From: the human T2T-CHM13v2.0 reference genome, Homo sapiens
Length of the DNA stretch: 64,000 nt
Reading direction: 5' to 3' (one strand)
NCBI RefSeq assembly: GCF_009914755.1
Contig: NC_060937.1
In this document: positions 13,136 to 25,509 of the stretch, piece by piece
Layout of the letters: each line of letters starts with the position of its first letter
Position numbering within the stretch: the first letter of the stretch is position 1
Program-made: the position numbers and the translations under genes
Notes under the pieces: generated by a model
What the model was told of the DNA's origin: nothing
Database searches by the model: none
What the model saw: only the letters and a program-made list of their open reading frames with translations

Positions 13136-15411
13136 TGTCAACTCATGTGCTTTTTAATGTGTGCCTGAAGAATTGTCATAATTAACCCTAAAAGGACTGA
13201 TGTATTCTGTGATGAACTGGGCTTGGTTGTCCCTCAAGGAAACTTCCACTGGAACTGAGAGTTCACAGTCAGTAAAAAGATATGGCTCAGTCCTTATAAA
13301 ATCGATACCATTGTTGTTCCCAATTAATATCATAACATCTATAAATCTAACTGACATATACCTTCACTGTGCTAAGAGTCTAAAATCTTGAAGTTTAAAA
13401 GGTACAGAGGAGGTACTATCAATAAATGAGAACATCTTTGGTATCCATAACCCCTCACATTGAAAGAAAGCTATAACTAGTGTAATAATGAAAACATTAA
13501 TTGGAAATCATGACTTACAAAATACATATTTTTCTAACTCTATTATTCCTAACCATATCTTAACACAATAACTGCACTTTTTTCCATGAAAAATTCTCAT
13601 GAAGGCCCATACAAAACAATCTAGATATTATTTTGTTTCTGTTACTAATGTCTACTAAAAGTAACTAGGGCTCCTTGAAGCACGTTTGATTATGTGCCAT
13701 GGGACAAGAAAAATAAAGGCTTGGGTCTGGAACCTCTTATAACACTTCAAATTTTAGTATAGTTTTGAGGTTTTCATAGGTATTAAAGCCATCTTAAAGG
13801 GGCTCTTACTGGGCAAGTGATAATAATTAAGTAGACAATGGAATATTAAAATTAATAATATTTGGCTATTTGGCCAAATATTAATGGCCACTTGAATCAG
13901 CTTACGCTGATAAAAATCTACATGTTCAAGAGCATAAAGTGCAAGACAATTTATGTACTTATAAAGGAGAAAAAAGATAACAATGTTAGAATAATTGTAC
14001 TTTTGAATTGTCTTCATACAAAGTGACATTCTATACGTATGCACTTGATTATGGAACATGTAAATACATGCATATATATGTGTGTACATATACACACATA
14101 TACAAAGGAAACTGTAAAAACATGTAAGTACAAACGCTAAAATTGTCAGAAAAAAATATCATCAAAAGCTGAAGAAATGCCGCAAGGAAAAGATTTACAG
14201 TGAGTGCAACTGTTGACTTTCACTGGTGGTCATACCAAAAGATCAGTTAATAAAATGGTCAAAAAGTCAATATTCCAAAAACATAAATGTCAAGTGTGTC
14301 AAAGAATAGACTTGTGACTTGTGTCACATGTCTCCTTACTCTAGAATTGAGAAAATTTCAAAATCACTTTACAAGTTTTTTTAAAAAGCTGATGTTCCAT
14401 AATAAATTTCCAATAATACTGAGAAACCATGTTAATATATCATTAAAACATGGCCTTATGCTAGTTCCTGGCCATGGAAAATGTAATTAATATATCATTT
14501 TAAGAAAAGATACCAAATTTCAAAATCTACCATTTATATCAAAGGCAGAGACATAAAAGCCATGATATAAAAACTAAAGCTTCATTGCATTAAGAAAAAA
14601 CAAAAGCTGTCTCACATTGAATGCTATAACTTGCAACAATCTCATTGGACTAAACATCTCTATCTTAGCTTCTACTTAAAGATCTTCCCTCTAGAAAACA
14701 AAATTTTATTATTTTGGTATGGTATTATTTTATTGTGTCTTGAAAGACAACTAAGTGTAAATGTAAACATAACATATAGTAGAATAAATGAAACCCTAGG
14801 AATATGTCGAAATGGCAAATAAAAGAAGCTGTATATATAGGATACAATCAAGTTTATGTCGTAAGCACTTCATAAATTTGAGCTCGATCTCTGCCTCCTC
14901 AGTTCAATGAGACCCTGATCTGCTCAGAATCCGCTTCTCTGCACTGCCTGCATTTCAACATCCAAACTGTACTGGTTGGCTAAGTCTAGTCTTAGTTATT
15001 TTATCACATCCAATAGCAGGTGTTTTCTCCAAAACAATTTTGCCAAATTATCTAACAGTTCTAGTGCATAAGCTATACTCTCTAAAAGCAGGCCTTTCAC
15101 TTCTCTGTCTGGATGACACTCTATTTTAGTTTTATTACAAAGATTGTAGCAAGTAGGTCTTAATCCATGTGTTAGGCATGGGAACATTTGCTGAGATTTC
15201 TGGTAGACTTCTGGTTCACATTAAGGAAAATGGTGATTAAATTATGGCTAAAGCCATATAAAAGAGAATGGCAGTTAATAAAAGAATGGTCATTTTGAGG
15301 CATCCTCAAAATGCCTCATCCATGTGTGAGGCAAGGGCACAGATAATATTATTCATTTTTAAAAAAATACATTGGAAAGCTCCTTTTTTGTTTATCTATG
15401 CACCCTCGGTG

Positions 15412-15861
15412 TACTGGGAGATAATTCGCCATGTGTACCCTCCCTTTCTACACATCTGGTGAGCAGAGACACTGATTGCTTTTATTTCAGACTACTTTGC
15501 TGTTTGTATAGCAAACAATCTTGGAAGATAGAGATAGTGTTTCTCTCCAGAGCAAGTAACAGGCATGATTCTCTGATTCCCATCCTGTAAAAGATTTGCA
15601 TTTCCTAAAAAAAGAGTTTCTCCTTTGTAATTCAAGCCATTGTGTGTAATTCTCTCTTTGCATCACACTGTAGAAATTTGAGCTTATGGAACAGAAGGCA
15701 AGAAGAACCTGCTCTTCTGACTACCGCTATCAGAGTGACCAACTAATTTACTTGCTTTCATCCAAGAGGGTCATGTCTTCTGACAGAATTCATGAAACTT
15801 TGAGGCTAATATTTCAGCTTGAAAATAGGGTAACATCTCAAACTATTCACAGTTCTTGACA
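15412..15861 (+). mobile_element. ERVL-class LTR, LTR40-like
   Basis: Starts tactgggagataattcgccatg, contains ttggaagatagagatagtgt, and ends gggtaacatctcaaactattcacagttcttgaca. Confidence 0.75.
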
Positions 15862-15990
15862 GTTTTGTCTATGAGATGGGGACACTGGCAGAAATATAGC
15901 TTTCTAAGAAAGGAAGAATGAGACCTTGTAGGCCAATTAAGAGAGTTTGAGAAAAGTCCCTGTGAATCTGTATTGTGAAGATTGAATAAA
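15862..15990 (+). mobile_element. probable start of ERVL internal region after the LTR
   Basis: gttttgtctatgagatggggacactggcagaaatatagctttct directly follows the LTR CA end and resembles a degenerate PBS/leader; right boundary uncertain. Confidence 0.45.
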
Positions 15991-17020
15991 TCCTGTGGTT
16001 ATTCACATAATAAATGGTCCTTCACTTTGATGCCTGTTAATGAGGGGGAATTAAAAAGAATAATGAAGGGCTGAGTACTGGAAAGTAGATTCAAAGGCAG
16101 CTCCTTGAATGGTACCCTGGTTGTTGCTAACCTTCCTCTAAGTAACAGGGCTTTGCCACAAATGTAACAGTCAGCCCTATGGCTGCCTGGGTGGGCAGAA
16201 GTTTCTGATCCATTTTTAGACAACAATTACAGAGAATACACCTACACTAAGAATGAAAAGATGAAATTTGCAACCATTATGTGTAAACCCAAGTGACTCA
16301 ACAACTCCAAGGTCCAACAGGCATGGGGAAAAGAATGATACATACAGATACAGAAATAGAGAGATACAAAGATATCATATTTATGCTATTCAAATATATT
16401 TTCAAAGTCTTCCTTTAAAGTCTTTCTCACAAAGAAAAAAGCTATAGTGCAGCTCCTCAAACTGTGGCAAGCTCCCAAATTTTAACCGTCCACTCTTTTA
16501 TTAACTGCCATTCTCTTTTATATGGCTTTAGCTATAATTTAATCACCATTTCCCTTAATGTGAACAGAAGTCTACCAGAAATCTCAGCAAATTTTCCCAG
16601 GTTCTTCTCTCAGACAAATCAACCATCTACAGCTCCATATGTAGGTCCAATTCTCTTTCATTTTCCATGGCTCATGGCTCCTGAATGGCATAGATCTTAC
16701 TTGGGGAGCCCCATCAATTATGAAGAAAATGTTTTATTCAGGGAGGTCATATTGGCTATACTAGCATAATTGTACCCCTGACTGATCTAAGTTTCATTTG
16801 AGACCCTGACAGTTGTAACATTTTAGTTGGAAAATCCAAAATTGTAGGAGTCATCAATGTCTCCTCTTTTACCTCACCAAAAAAATCCAAGTTCTAGTAA
16901 TTTAACCCTATTTATAACCTTAGTTCAGCCCCTCATTTTACCAAAACTGATTTAGTGTAGTAGTCACCATAGAATTGACCTTCATGCTTCCAGGCTTGTT
17001 GCCTGAAGTCTATCCTCCAT

Positions 17021-17402
17021 CATATTAGTCTTTTCTCACAATGTTATAAAGAACTGCCCAAGAATGAGTAATCTAGAAAGAAAGGAGGTCTAATTAACTT
17101 ATAGTTCCACATGGCTGGGGAGGCCTCACGAAACTTACAAACTTACAATCATGGTGCAAGGGCAAGCAGCCATGTCTTAGATTGTGGCAGATGAAAGAGA
17201 CAGTGTGTAAAGGAGAAACTGTCAAACACTAATAATACTATCAGATTTCATGAGAACTCACTCACTATCACAAGAATAGCATGGGAGAAACTGCCCCCAT
17301 GGTCCAATCACCTCCCACCAGGTCCCTCTCTTGACATGTGGGGTTATGGGGATTACAATTTGAGATGAGATTTGAGTGGGGACAGAGAGCCAAACCATAT
17401 CA
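17021..17402 (-). mobile_element. MaLR solo LTR, THE1D/MSTA-like
   Basis: Runs catattagtc...ggggacagagagccaaaccatatca, with a perfect 5-bp TSD tccat at 17016-17020 and 17403-17407. Confidence 0.92.
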
Positions 17403-17529
17403 TCCATTCTCTAAAAACAAAGCAAAATAAAACAAAAATTCCAAAATAAAATGAAGCAGAAAAACAGATTTTCCTAACATAAAAATTATTTCTAAGCCTG
17501 ATGTTTATTAAGATCCCCAAACATAATTG

Positions 17530-18030
17530 GGTATAAAGATCAAAATCCCTAGTGTGGTCAACAGCATCTTCCATGACCTGGCCTTGATCTTCTTATCCAA
17601 GATTCCACTTGTTACTCCCAATAGCTTCTTTATAAATTCAAGCACAGATATATCATACACTTTGCACTCACTCTTGTGGTTCCCTTGCTTTCTGTCTAGT
17701 TGTTCTCTCTGCCTAAAATTTTGTTTATTGAATAACCATAATCTATCTTGCTTTATGGTGTTTTATGTTCTCTATGTCTCATTTGGGGTATCACTTCTGA
17801 TTGAACTCCTTCCTAGGATTTTGATTGGTTGCCCACTGATGAGTTTCCATGATACACTATAAGTGCTTTTAACGTGGTTGCTATCACTCTATATGGAATT
17901 ATTCTATTTATTCGTTACACCTCTTAATACATGAAAAGATCCATGCAGTCTGAATTTACCTTTGAAAAGCACCAACCAACAAATTTCAAACTCAATGTAA
18001 ATACTCAAAAAATGCCTAATGAATTAATCA
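17530..18030 (+). mobile_element. L2 LINE 3' portion, degenerate
   Basis: ataaagatcaaaatccctagtgtgg...ttccatgacctggcct at the start and gtaaatactcaaaaaatgc..aatgaattaat at the end. Confidence 0.55.
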
Positions 18031-18190
18031 ATACATTACTGTATCTCACATTACTATTTCAATTATGTAGAATTATATGTTCAATTAAACATAAATTAAA
18101 AATAAATATAGTAAATATATTTAGTAAATAAATATAGTAAATATATTAAAAATAAATATAGTAAAGAAATTGTCAGTTTTTGGTGAAGAT
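17893..18190 (+). repeat. copy 1 of an imperfect local direct repeat (copy 2 at 19877-20135)
   Basis: Collinear similarity, including an exact 33-nt match at 17983-18015 and 19967-19999. Confidence 0.9.
18095..18165. repeat. AT-rich minisatellite, ~25-bp unit, ~3 copies
   Basis: aaataaatatagtaaa(tatatt) recurs three times. Confidence 0.75.
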
Positions 18191-19876
18191 CATTGAGTTT
18201 TTTATTTTATTTTATACTGCTCTTTCTTCAACATTATTTATGCAAAAATTACCTGTAAAAGCATGACGCTAACCTTTTATGAGCATACGAATAATGAATA
18301 CTTCTTTTACACACAGTTAGCAATTACATTTTTAGATTAGTTGGCTGTCACGTTGAAAAGAGCACAGATCTCAGATGATGGGATGCTAAGCAGATAAGAA
18401 GAAAGGTTAGGCAGATCTTCACAAAACATTACAGATCCAGTGGGTTGTACTGGAAACATAACAGGAAACAAAGAGTGAAAGAGAAAAGAAAAAAAAATAG
18501 GATATTTAAAAATGGGTGATGGGAAACATTGTTTACTCTTCTATATCGCCTAATTTTGCTCTATGCTGTGGTGCTTTGGAGAAGACAATTGAAAAGTAAT
18601 GGGGTGTGGAAGAGCTGAAGCACCCACTAACTAAGGGAGAAAGTCGTAGCCTAATGAAGTAAATGGGTTGGCAAAGAGCTTGTTAGAAGAGGGTGAAAAT
18701 GGAACAATTTTAAAAGCATTTTTAATTAGAAACTAAAGTTATAACATGTATGGATAAAGAGAAAATCCTGAAAATAAATTTAAAAATGTAAATCCATACA
18801 CATTTGCTCTTAATGACTTAATTTTAAGTAATGAATTCACATGCCATTAAAATAGAGCAGAGTAGTAGTTTTAATGGATGATCCTAGGAAAAAAATAAAA
18901 GTGAGTATATCTCTCTGCAAGCAAATGTTAAAATTTCCCCTGAAAATGACAAAGAGAATAGAAAATATTCCCATAAGACCATTTTACATGTTTCTGATTC
19001 ATTCCTTTGTTATGCTCTATTTTTACATTAACCCAATATGTTTTATCTTTCCTTTATACTCTCTGTTACAATAAGATTAATGTTAAGGCTTTAGTTTATG
19101 CTGCAGTAGATTTTATACAAGTAACAATGAACACAACATATTTGAAGGATTTTCCAAACATTGTTTTCCATAATAATTTTCATCTAAGAACTATAATGTT
19201 AAAATTATGCCAAGAAATATAATCACTTCTAAAAACATTGTAAACTCACTCTTATTCTTTATTCACTGCTTTAGGCTGTTACTACGAATGTTTATAGATT
19301 ATAAAATTTACCTTTTTAATTTTAAATTATAAGATTGTGACATTAATAATCTCCCTTTTTCAGGCATATCCTGATCATCATCTACTAGAACAGCAAGAGA
19401 AGGTTTGTCTAATTTTACTGTACTGCTTTTATTTTTAATCGTTGTATAATGTCAACCATTCTGAAATAGCTAATCTCCCTTCTACATTTAAATATATTTT
19501 TTCTCTCTTATTTACTGATGACAGAATATGCATCTATGTCCTTCTCTCAATATTATCTAGATTTTTCACTCTATCTCCCTCAAAATCTTCCACTTGGGCA
19601 TTTTGTTATGAGGAACAGATTTAACTCAAGGACATTGACTAATACATGAGAGATGTGGATTTATTTAGTTGATATCCACTGACACCCCACACCCAAGCTA
19701 AAACAACAAAAACAAGAATCAATAGATAGGGAGCACACAACAATGTGAGTTTATTGTATAATATAGATAAATTAATAATTGTCATTTATTGATGTCATTT
19801 ATTGATTCATTCAACCAATATTTATCCAAAGTTTAGAATGGCTTTAAGTAGAATGGCATTAAATAGAATAAATAGA

Positions 19877-20135
19877 ATGGCATTATTCAATTTATTAGTT
19901 ATACTTCCAAATACATGATAAGTTCCATGAAATCTGAAGTTACCTTTGCAAAGCATCAGCCAATACATTTCAAACTCAATGTAAATACTCAAAAAATGCT
20001 TACTGAATTAACTATCAAATTATTGGACCTCACATTACTATTCAAATTATATATATTTGTATGTTTATATGGTCAATTATAAATAAATTAAAATAAAAAT
20101 AGTAAAAAAAAGTTCATTGTATTTTTGTGTGACAT
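19877..20135 (+). repeat. copy 2 of the local direct repeat
   Basis: atggcattattcaatttattagttatacttccaaatacatga... aligns with atggaattattctatttattcgttacacctcttaatacatga... Confidence 0.9.
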
Positions 20136-20840
20136 CCTCATGGGGCCATCACAGTTGCTAGCTGCAGACCTAGCAATTTTAATGTGCCTATGAGGATGCC
20201 AGTCAAAATTACAATAAACAGTAGGATAGAGGAGGTGGGTAATACAAGGACTGTCCGTAGAAGGGCCAGTATGCCTAGTTGTTGGATCAGAAAAAATTGA
20301 AAAGTTAAGTCCTAGATTATGAGCAGTTGATGGATAGGTCAAACAGGGCAAGAATAAAGAGAAATATTTTAACCAGAGAGAACATGATTGAAAGTGTAAA
20401 AATCAGAAAAAAGAAGTAACCCAGACCATATTTGTATGGTTGACTTAGAAACAGTATGAGAGTGGTGAGTCTAGGTAGGCTAGTATTACATAATAGCAAT
20501 TTATAGGACTCATTAAACATTAAAGCTTCATCCTAACTTTCACAAGAGGCCAGTCAAGGAGGGGTGACAATTTATGTTCTGAAAAAATTCACCCAGGATG
20601 CTCTCAGGTAAATGATTGAAGACTGTCACTTATCAGAATGAGACATAACAGTTCCCTGCAATATACCTGTGGGAATAAGAATGGTAGGAAGAAGTGGAGG
20701 ATCTGAGAATCTTTAAATGGTGGAGTCAATTGACTCTAGTGATTTATTGTTTCAGAATGAGAGATGAATAGCTATGCCTTGATTTTGACATTAGCAATTA
20801 GATTTATGGTGTTGCCAATTACCGTGAAAGGAAACTTAAG
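20136..20840 (-). mobile_element. L2 LINE, degenerate; its 3' terminus appears at ~19800-19830
   Basis: attcattcaaccaatattta (19805) and cctcatgggg..acagttgctag (20136), followed by purine-rich antisense L2 motifs. Confidence 0.5.
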
Positions 20841-21360
20841 TGAGGAGTTAAATTTTCTAAGTAAGGCACTGCATTCAATTTAAACAAGAAGGTAGTTTAT
20901 TGGTATTTAAATTTTTCAAACTGTATTAACTTTTTTGCAAATAAATGCCTGTCTAAAACATGTGATGTAACTTTCTCTGATGTCTTCATGACACTTCAGC
21001 ATTAGAAGAGAAAAGCTCTATAAGCCACCATGTAAATGGTAAGAGTTTCTGGTTAATAAGACTTAAGGGAGATAGATTGGCCTACTTGGCAAATGATACA
21101 CAAATAATTTTAATTCACCACATGGTGTGGCCTATAAAAAAAAGTCAAAAAATAAGTCCAAAATCTCCAAGAGTAAATATTTAAGTAAGATATAATTTCC
21201 AGGGTCAAGAACTAAAAGGCCTATCTCTGCTAACCCTAAATACATATATAGTAGTACATGGACACAACTTTAATCTTTAGGTCTTTGGAAAAAATATAGA
21301 GAAAATTAAAATCAGTAAATGAATTGCCTTTGCCCCATCCCAAAAATTGAATAAAATTCT

Positions 21361-22485
21361 TGATGCAGGATTTTTCTCAGCCATTTTGCCAGCCAGAGAC
21401 CTCCCCAGCTGTTGACATCCCTGCCCAGGCCTTGCTTGGCCCTGGCTTCACCACAGGAGGTGCACTTCCCACTCAGCCCGTCAGGCTATGCCTGACTTGT
21501 GCTCTGCACGGACAACATGACCACTGTGATGGTGCACTCAGCTGCCAGTTGAGGGTGTGTCTGGGTGAGTGAGTGCCAGGTCCGGCTAGCCACTCCAAGT
21601 GCTGGCACAGGTTCATGCTCCGTGCAGGGCTTGTGGCTGAACCAGGTGTGTCGCAAGTGACTCCTTCAGGAGACTCCAACATCCAAATGAGGGTAAGATG
21701 ATGGCACCCAAACAGGGAAGCTTGTGTCCTCAAAGCCCTAGAGGAGGTGTTACAGCATGCTAACAGCTCTTTTAGTGCAACCACAGCCTGCAGAATGGGG
21801 ACTTGTTAACAGCTCTTTCAGTCCTTTTCAGTCCTGTTGCCGCACTGTGCCCCACAGCTCCAGAGCTGGCCCAACCCCATCGCTGCTTCCTATTGCATGG
21901 GTGGCCACCAGGTGCCAACAGGGGTCAGATGGCTAAATAAAGTGTTACTGCCTTTTTTGTACCTGCATTTGGCAGCATCCCGAGTTCTTGTCCCACATCC
22001 AAGAAGAATGAGCTTATGCTGACAACTGAAGGTTGAGAGGTGCAGAAAAGAATTTTATTAAGCAATGGAACAGCTCTCAGGAGAGAGATGTGAGGGTGGT
22101 CCCCTATCTTAAGTTGGGTGGTCACTCTCTCAGCATGGCTGGGTCTGGGACTCTTATGGCCTCAGAATGGGGGAGTGCATGCTGATTGCTTTGTGAGTAT
22201 GCAAACAAAAAAAAAAGCTAAATCAAAGGCACCACTCAAAGGTGGGCATGGCAGTGTAAAAAAAAAACAACAACTAGGGAAGGGTAGGTATATGTAAAAT
22301 AGGTGAAGTGTGGGGACCAATCAGAGGAAAGCATGTCAAACAGGAAGAAGGGTTCTCAATCCTGCTTATGGATTTTTTTTGAGACTTATAGCTTGGCTTT
22401 TAAACTGTCTTTGACTCGTAAGTGGGGTTTTACTGGGGACCCTCCGCTATTTGCCTAGGAATGTGGCTGCCTCCTGCGGCTATCA
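21361..22485 (-). mobile_element. ERV1-class solo LTR, LTR28-like (LTR1/LTR27/LTR28 group)
   Basis: GC-rich 1125-bp block with TG...CA ends and a 4-bp TSD ttct (21357-21360 and 22486-22489). The minus strand starts TGATAGCCGCAGGAGGCAGCCACATTCCTAGGC and has AATAAA near 22055. Confidence 0.85.
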
Positions 22486-22842
22486 TTCTAACAGTGTTAC
22501 ATGTTCTGTTGAAAGAATGTTAACAGGTTGTACAATAGAATTCTTTTCATTGGGAACAATTCACTCATATTATTGATGTTTGTTCTGTATATTATACATG
22601 CTTCTGAACCACAAACATGTTTGATTACTCAGTATGATTTTAAGAAGAAGTAACTACAGTGTCCTTTATTATAAGCAGAAAGTACTGGAAAATCTCCTAT
22701 ATACTTCACTATAGATAAATGCCATTATCTCAAGTGTACGAAATTAGAAATTAACTTGTGACAAGTATAAACATATTTCCAAAGAGTTCTACTGCAAAAT
22801 ACATTGGCAATATTTAAGTTTACCTTGAATCTTCAAGGAGAT

Positions 22843-22886
22843 TAAATATTTTATATTTAGATTCTAAATATTTTATATTTAGATTC
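22843..22886. repeat. perfect 22-bp tandem duplication
   Basis: taaatattttatatttagattc x2. Confidence 0.9.
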
Positions 22887-23165
22887 TATTTAGTGAAAAG
22901 CTCATAAATTTTGTATATAAATCAGCATATATACAAATGTTAGTGTTTAGTGAAGCACACCTGTTGCTTAATCCTCATAACATTTAAAAATATCTTACAA
23001 GTTTATGCCAAGACTTCCTTTAAAATACCTATTGCTTATTAAACTATGGGGTCATTTATTTTAAGAACCAAAGTATGACACGTATTTTAAATTTAGACTG
23101 ACAAACTTCTAGCAGACTGTATTTCGTAAGACCAACCTCTCTCTCTCTCTCTCTAGATCTCTAGT

Positions 23166-23507
23166 CTACCCATCAGTGGTAAACTGAATAAAGAAAATAT
23201 GGTACACATATACATGGAATACTATGCAGCTATGAAATACATGAGATCATGTCCTTTGCAGGGTTATGGATGTAGCTGGAGGCCATTATTAGCAAATTTT
23301 GTTCATAAGTGAGAAAAAAATGCAGTATTTTAGGAGCTAAATGATGAGAACACATGGTCACACTAAGCGGAACAACACACACTGGGGCCTTTTGGAGGAT
23401 GAAGGGTAGGGGGAGGGAGAGGATCAGGAAAAATAATTAATGAGTACTAGGCTTAATACCTAGTGATGAAATAATCTGTACAACAAACCCCCATGACACA
23501 CGTTCAC
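23166..23507 (+). mobile_element. L1PA13-16-like 3' portion lacking terminus and poly(A)
   Basis: gaaaatatggtacacatatacatggaatactatgcagc...ggagaggatcaggaaaaataa...caacaaacccccatgacaca. Confidence 0.85.
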
Positions 23508-23514
23508 TTACAAT

Positions 23515-24265
23515 ATTAATCCCCTGCCGAATAAATAGTTTGTAAATATTTTCTCCCATTCAAAATAGTGCCTCATCACTCTGTTGATTATTTCATTTGC
23601 TTTGCAGAAGCATTTGATTTTAATATAGTACTATTTGTCTATTTTTGTGGCCTGTGATTTTGAGGCCTTAGTCATAAAACCTTTGCCTAGACTAGTGTCT
23701 GAATAATTTTCCTTATGTTTTCTTCTAATATTTTAGCAGTTTTCAGCCTATATTCATCTTGAATTGATTTTTCTATATGGTGAGAGATAGAGGTCCAGTT
23801 TCATTCTTCTTCTGGTTATCCAGTTTTCCCAGAACCATTTATTGAAGAAGGTATCCTTTCCCCAGTGTTTATTCTTGACAGCTTTGCCAAAGATCAGTTG
23901 GCTGTAAATATATGGGTTTATTTCTAAATTCTCTATTTTGTTCCATTGGTGTATGTGTCTGTTTTTATACCAATACTGTTTTATTCCCTATGGCTTTGTA
24001 ATATACTTTGAAGTCAGGCAGTGCAGTGCTTCCAGCTTTGCTGTTTTTGCTCAGTATTTCTTTGGTTAGCCAGGCTCTTTTTTGGTTACATGCAAATTTT
24101 AGAATTTTTTTCTATTTCTGTAAAAAAAATTGGTGTTTTGACAGGGATGGCATTGAATCTGTAGATTGCTTTTTGCAGTATGTCCATTTTAATGATATTA
24201 AACTGAAGAGGAAGCAAACAAATAGAAAGGCATACCATGCTCCTGGATCAAAAGAATTAATTATT
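23515..24265 (-). mobile_element. L1 ORF2 fragment (L1PB/L1MA-like) with inverted 5' piece at 24202-24265
   Basis: Antisense ORF2 runs to ...ccattttaatgatattaa, then sense-strand actgaagaggaagcaaacaaatagaaagg...aagaattaattatt follows. Confidence 0.85.
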
Positions 24266-25509
24266 CTTAGACATGCAGCTATCTTACGCTAAGGACACAA
24301 TAAACTTAACTGCCATTACAACAAACCGCAAATCTACGATACCAGGGTCTTGAAGACCAAAATAGTGCTATTCCTTATTATACTCAAAGCATTGTGAGAG
24401 GGAAAACGTGTTGCATTCTTTCTCTCTCACAGTGACTATGGGAAGTCAGTGGGAGTTGTTTCACTTGGATAATTCAAGAAATAAAAGTTTCAGTGGCTAT
24501 GTACTTAGAAATGGGATTCTCTGATAACACCTGGTATTTTACATAGTTAACACCATTTTTTTCTTAGAGAATGAATATTAAAAGTGGAAGAAGGGGTGAC
24601 TTTTTACTGTTTGTCTTATATTCGTTTGCAGTATGGATTTGATGCCATAAGCTTGTGTTATTTTTTATATTTATTAATATTGGTATAATAATTTCTCATT
24701 CCCAGTATTTTCAACAATTCTGAATATCTTATATAACATGTTTTTATATTGGATGGCAAGGTTCTTCAATAACTATGTGCGCTTTTGTTTATCAATCATT
24801 AGCACTTAATTTAAGTACTTGTGTATACAAAAATAAAAGAAAAATAAAATTGAAAAAAGAAGGAGGGGAGATAGAAAGGAAAGGAGGGCTTCTAACCAAA
24901 TGGTTTTGGAAAGAATAAATCAGTCAGTCCCAAAGTAGTTTCATATAAATATGTACTTTTCAAACACCATGCTTAAAGCACAACGATTGAGATTACATTA
25001 ATAAAATGTTGATTTAAAAGTCCTAACAGTTATTTGCATGAAGAAGAGTATTCAAGATGACATACAGTATTTTATGAATTTTCTTGTTGTTTTGTTAATA
25101 TCTGCAATCCTCAAAACATATGATTTCTGATTCACTGGTTATATTTCTTAATTTACCACACCAGCATTACATATTACACAGTGCACAGAGATTAGCAGTG
25201 TATTCATTTTTAATAAAATGTTTTATCGAATGAGAAAAATAGTTATTTTAGCATATTTTAGAAAGTTTAGGGCAACATGTATTCATCTACCTCTTAATCA
25301 TAAGCTGCTACAATTTTGGGGAAAAACGTATTTTGGGGAAAAATAAATTACTTGTTATTACCATCTTAATGTAGTTGATAATATTTTATCCATATATCAT
25401 ACATCTTCTACATTAAAATTATATTATGCCAACATAAACTATACAAATAATATCATATACAACTTAAGTGTAATATATATGATATTGTTATAAAATTCTT
25501 AAAATCGAG

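Noticed and set aside
19780-19805. 13-bp tandem duplication tgtcatttattga x2 (similar small duplications at ~17131 and ~58279)
   Set aside because: These are ordinary replication-slippage duplications with no sign of function.
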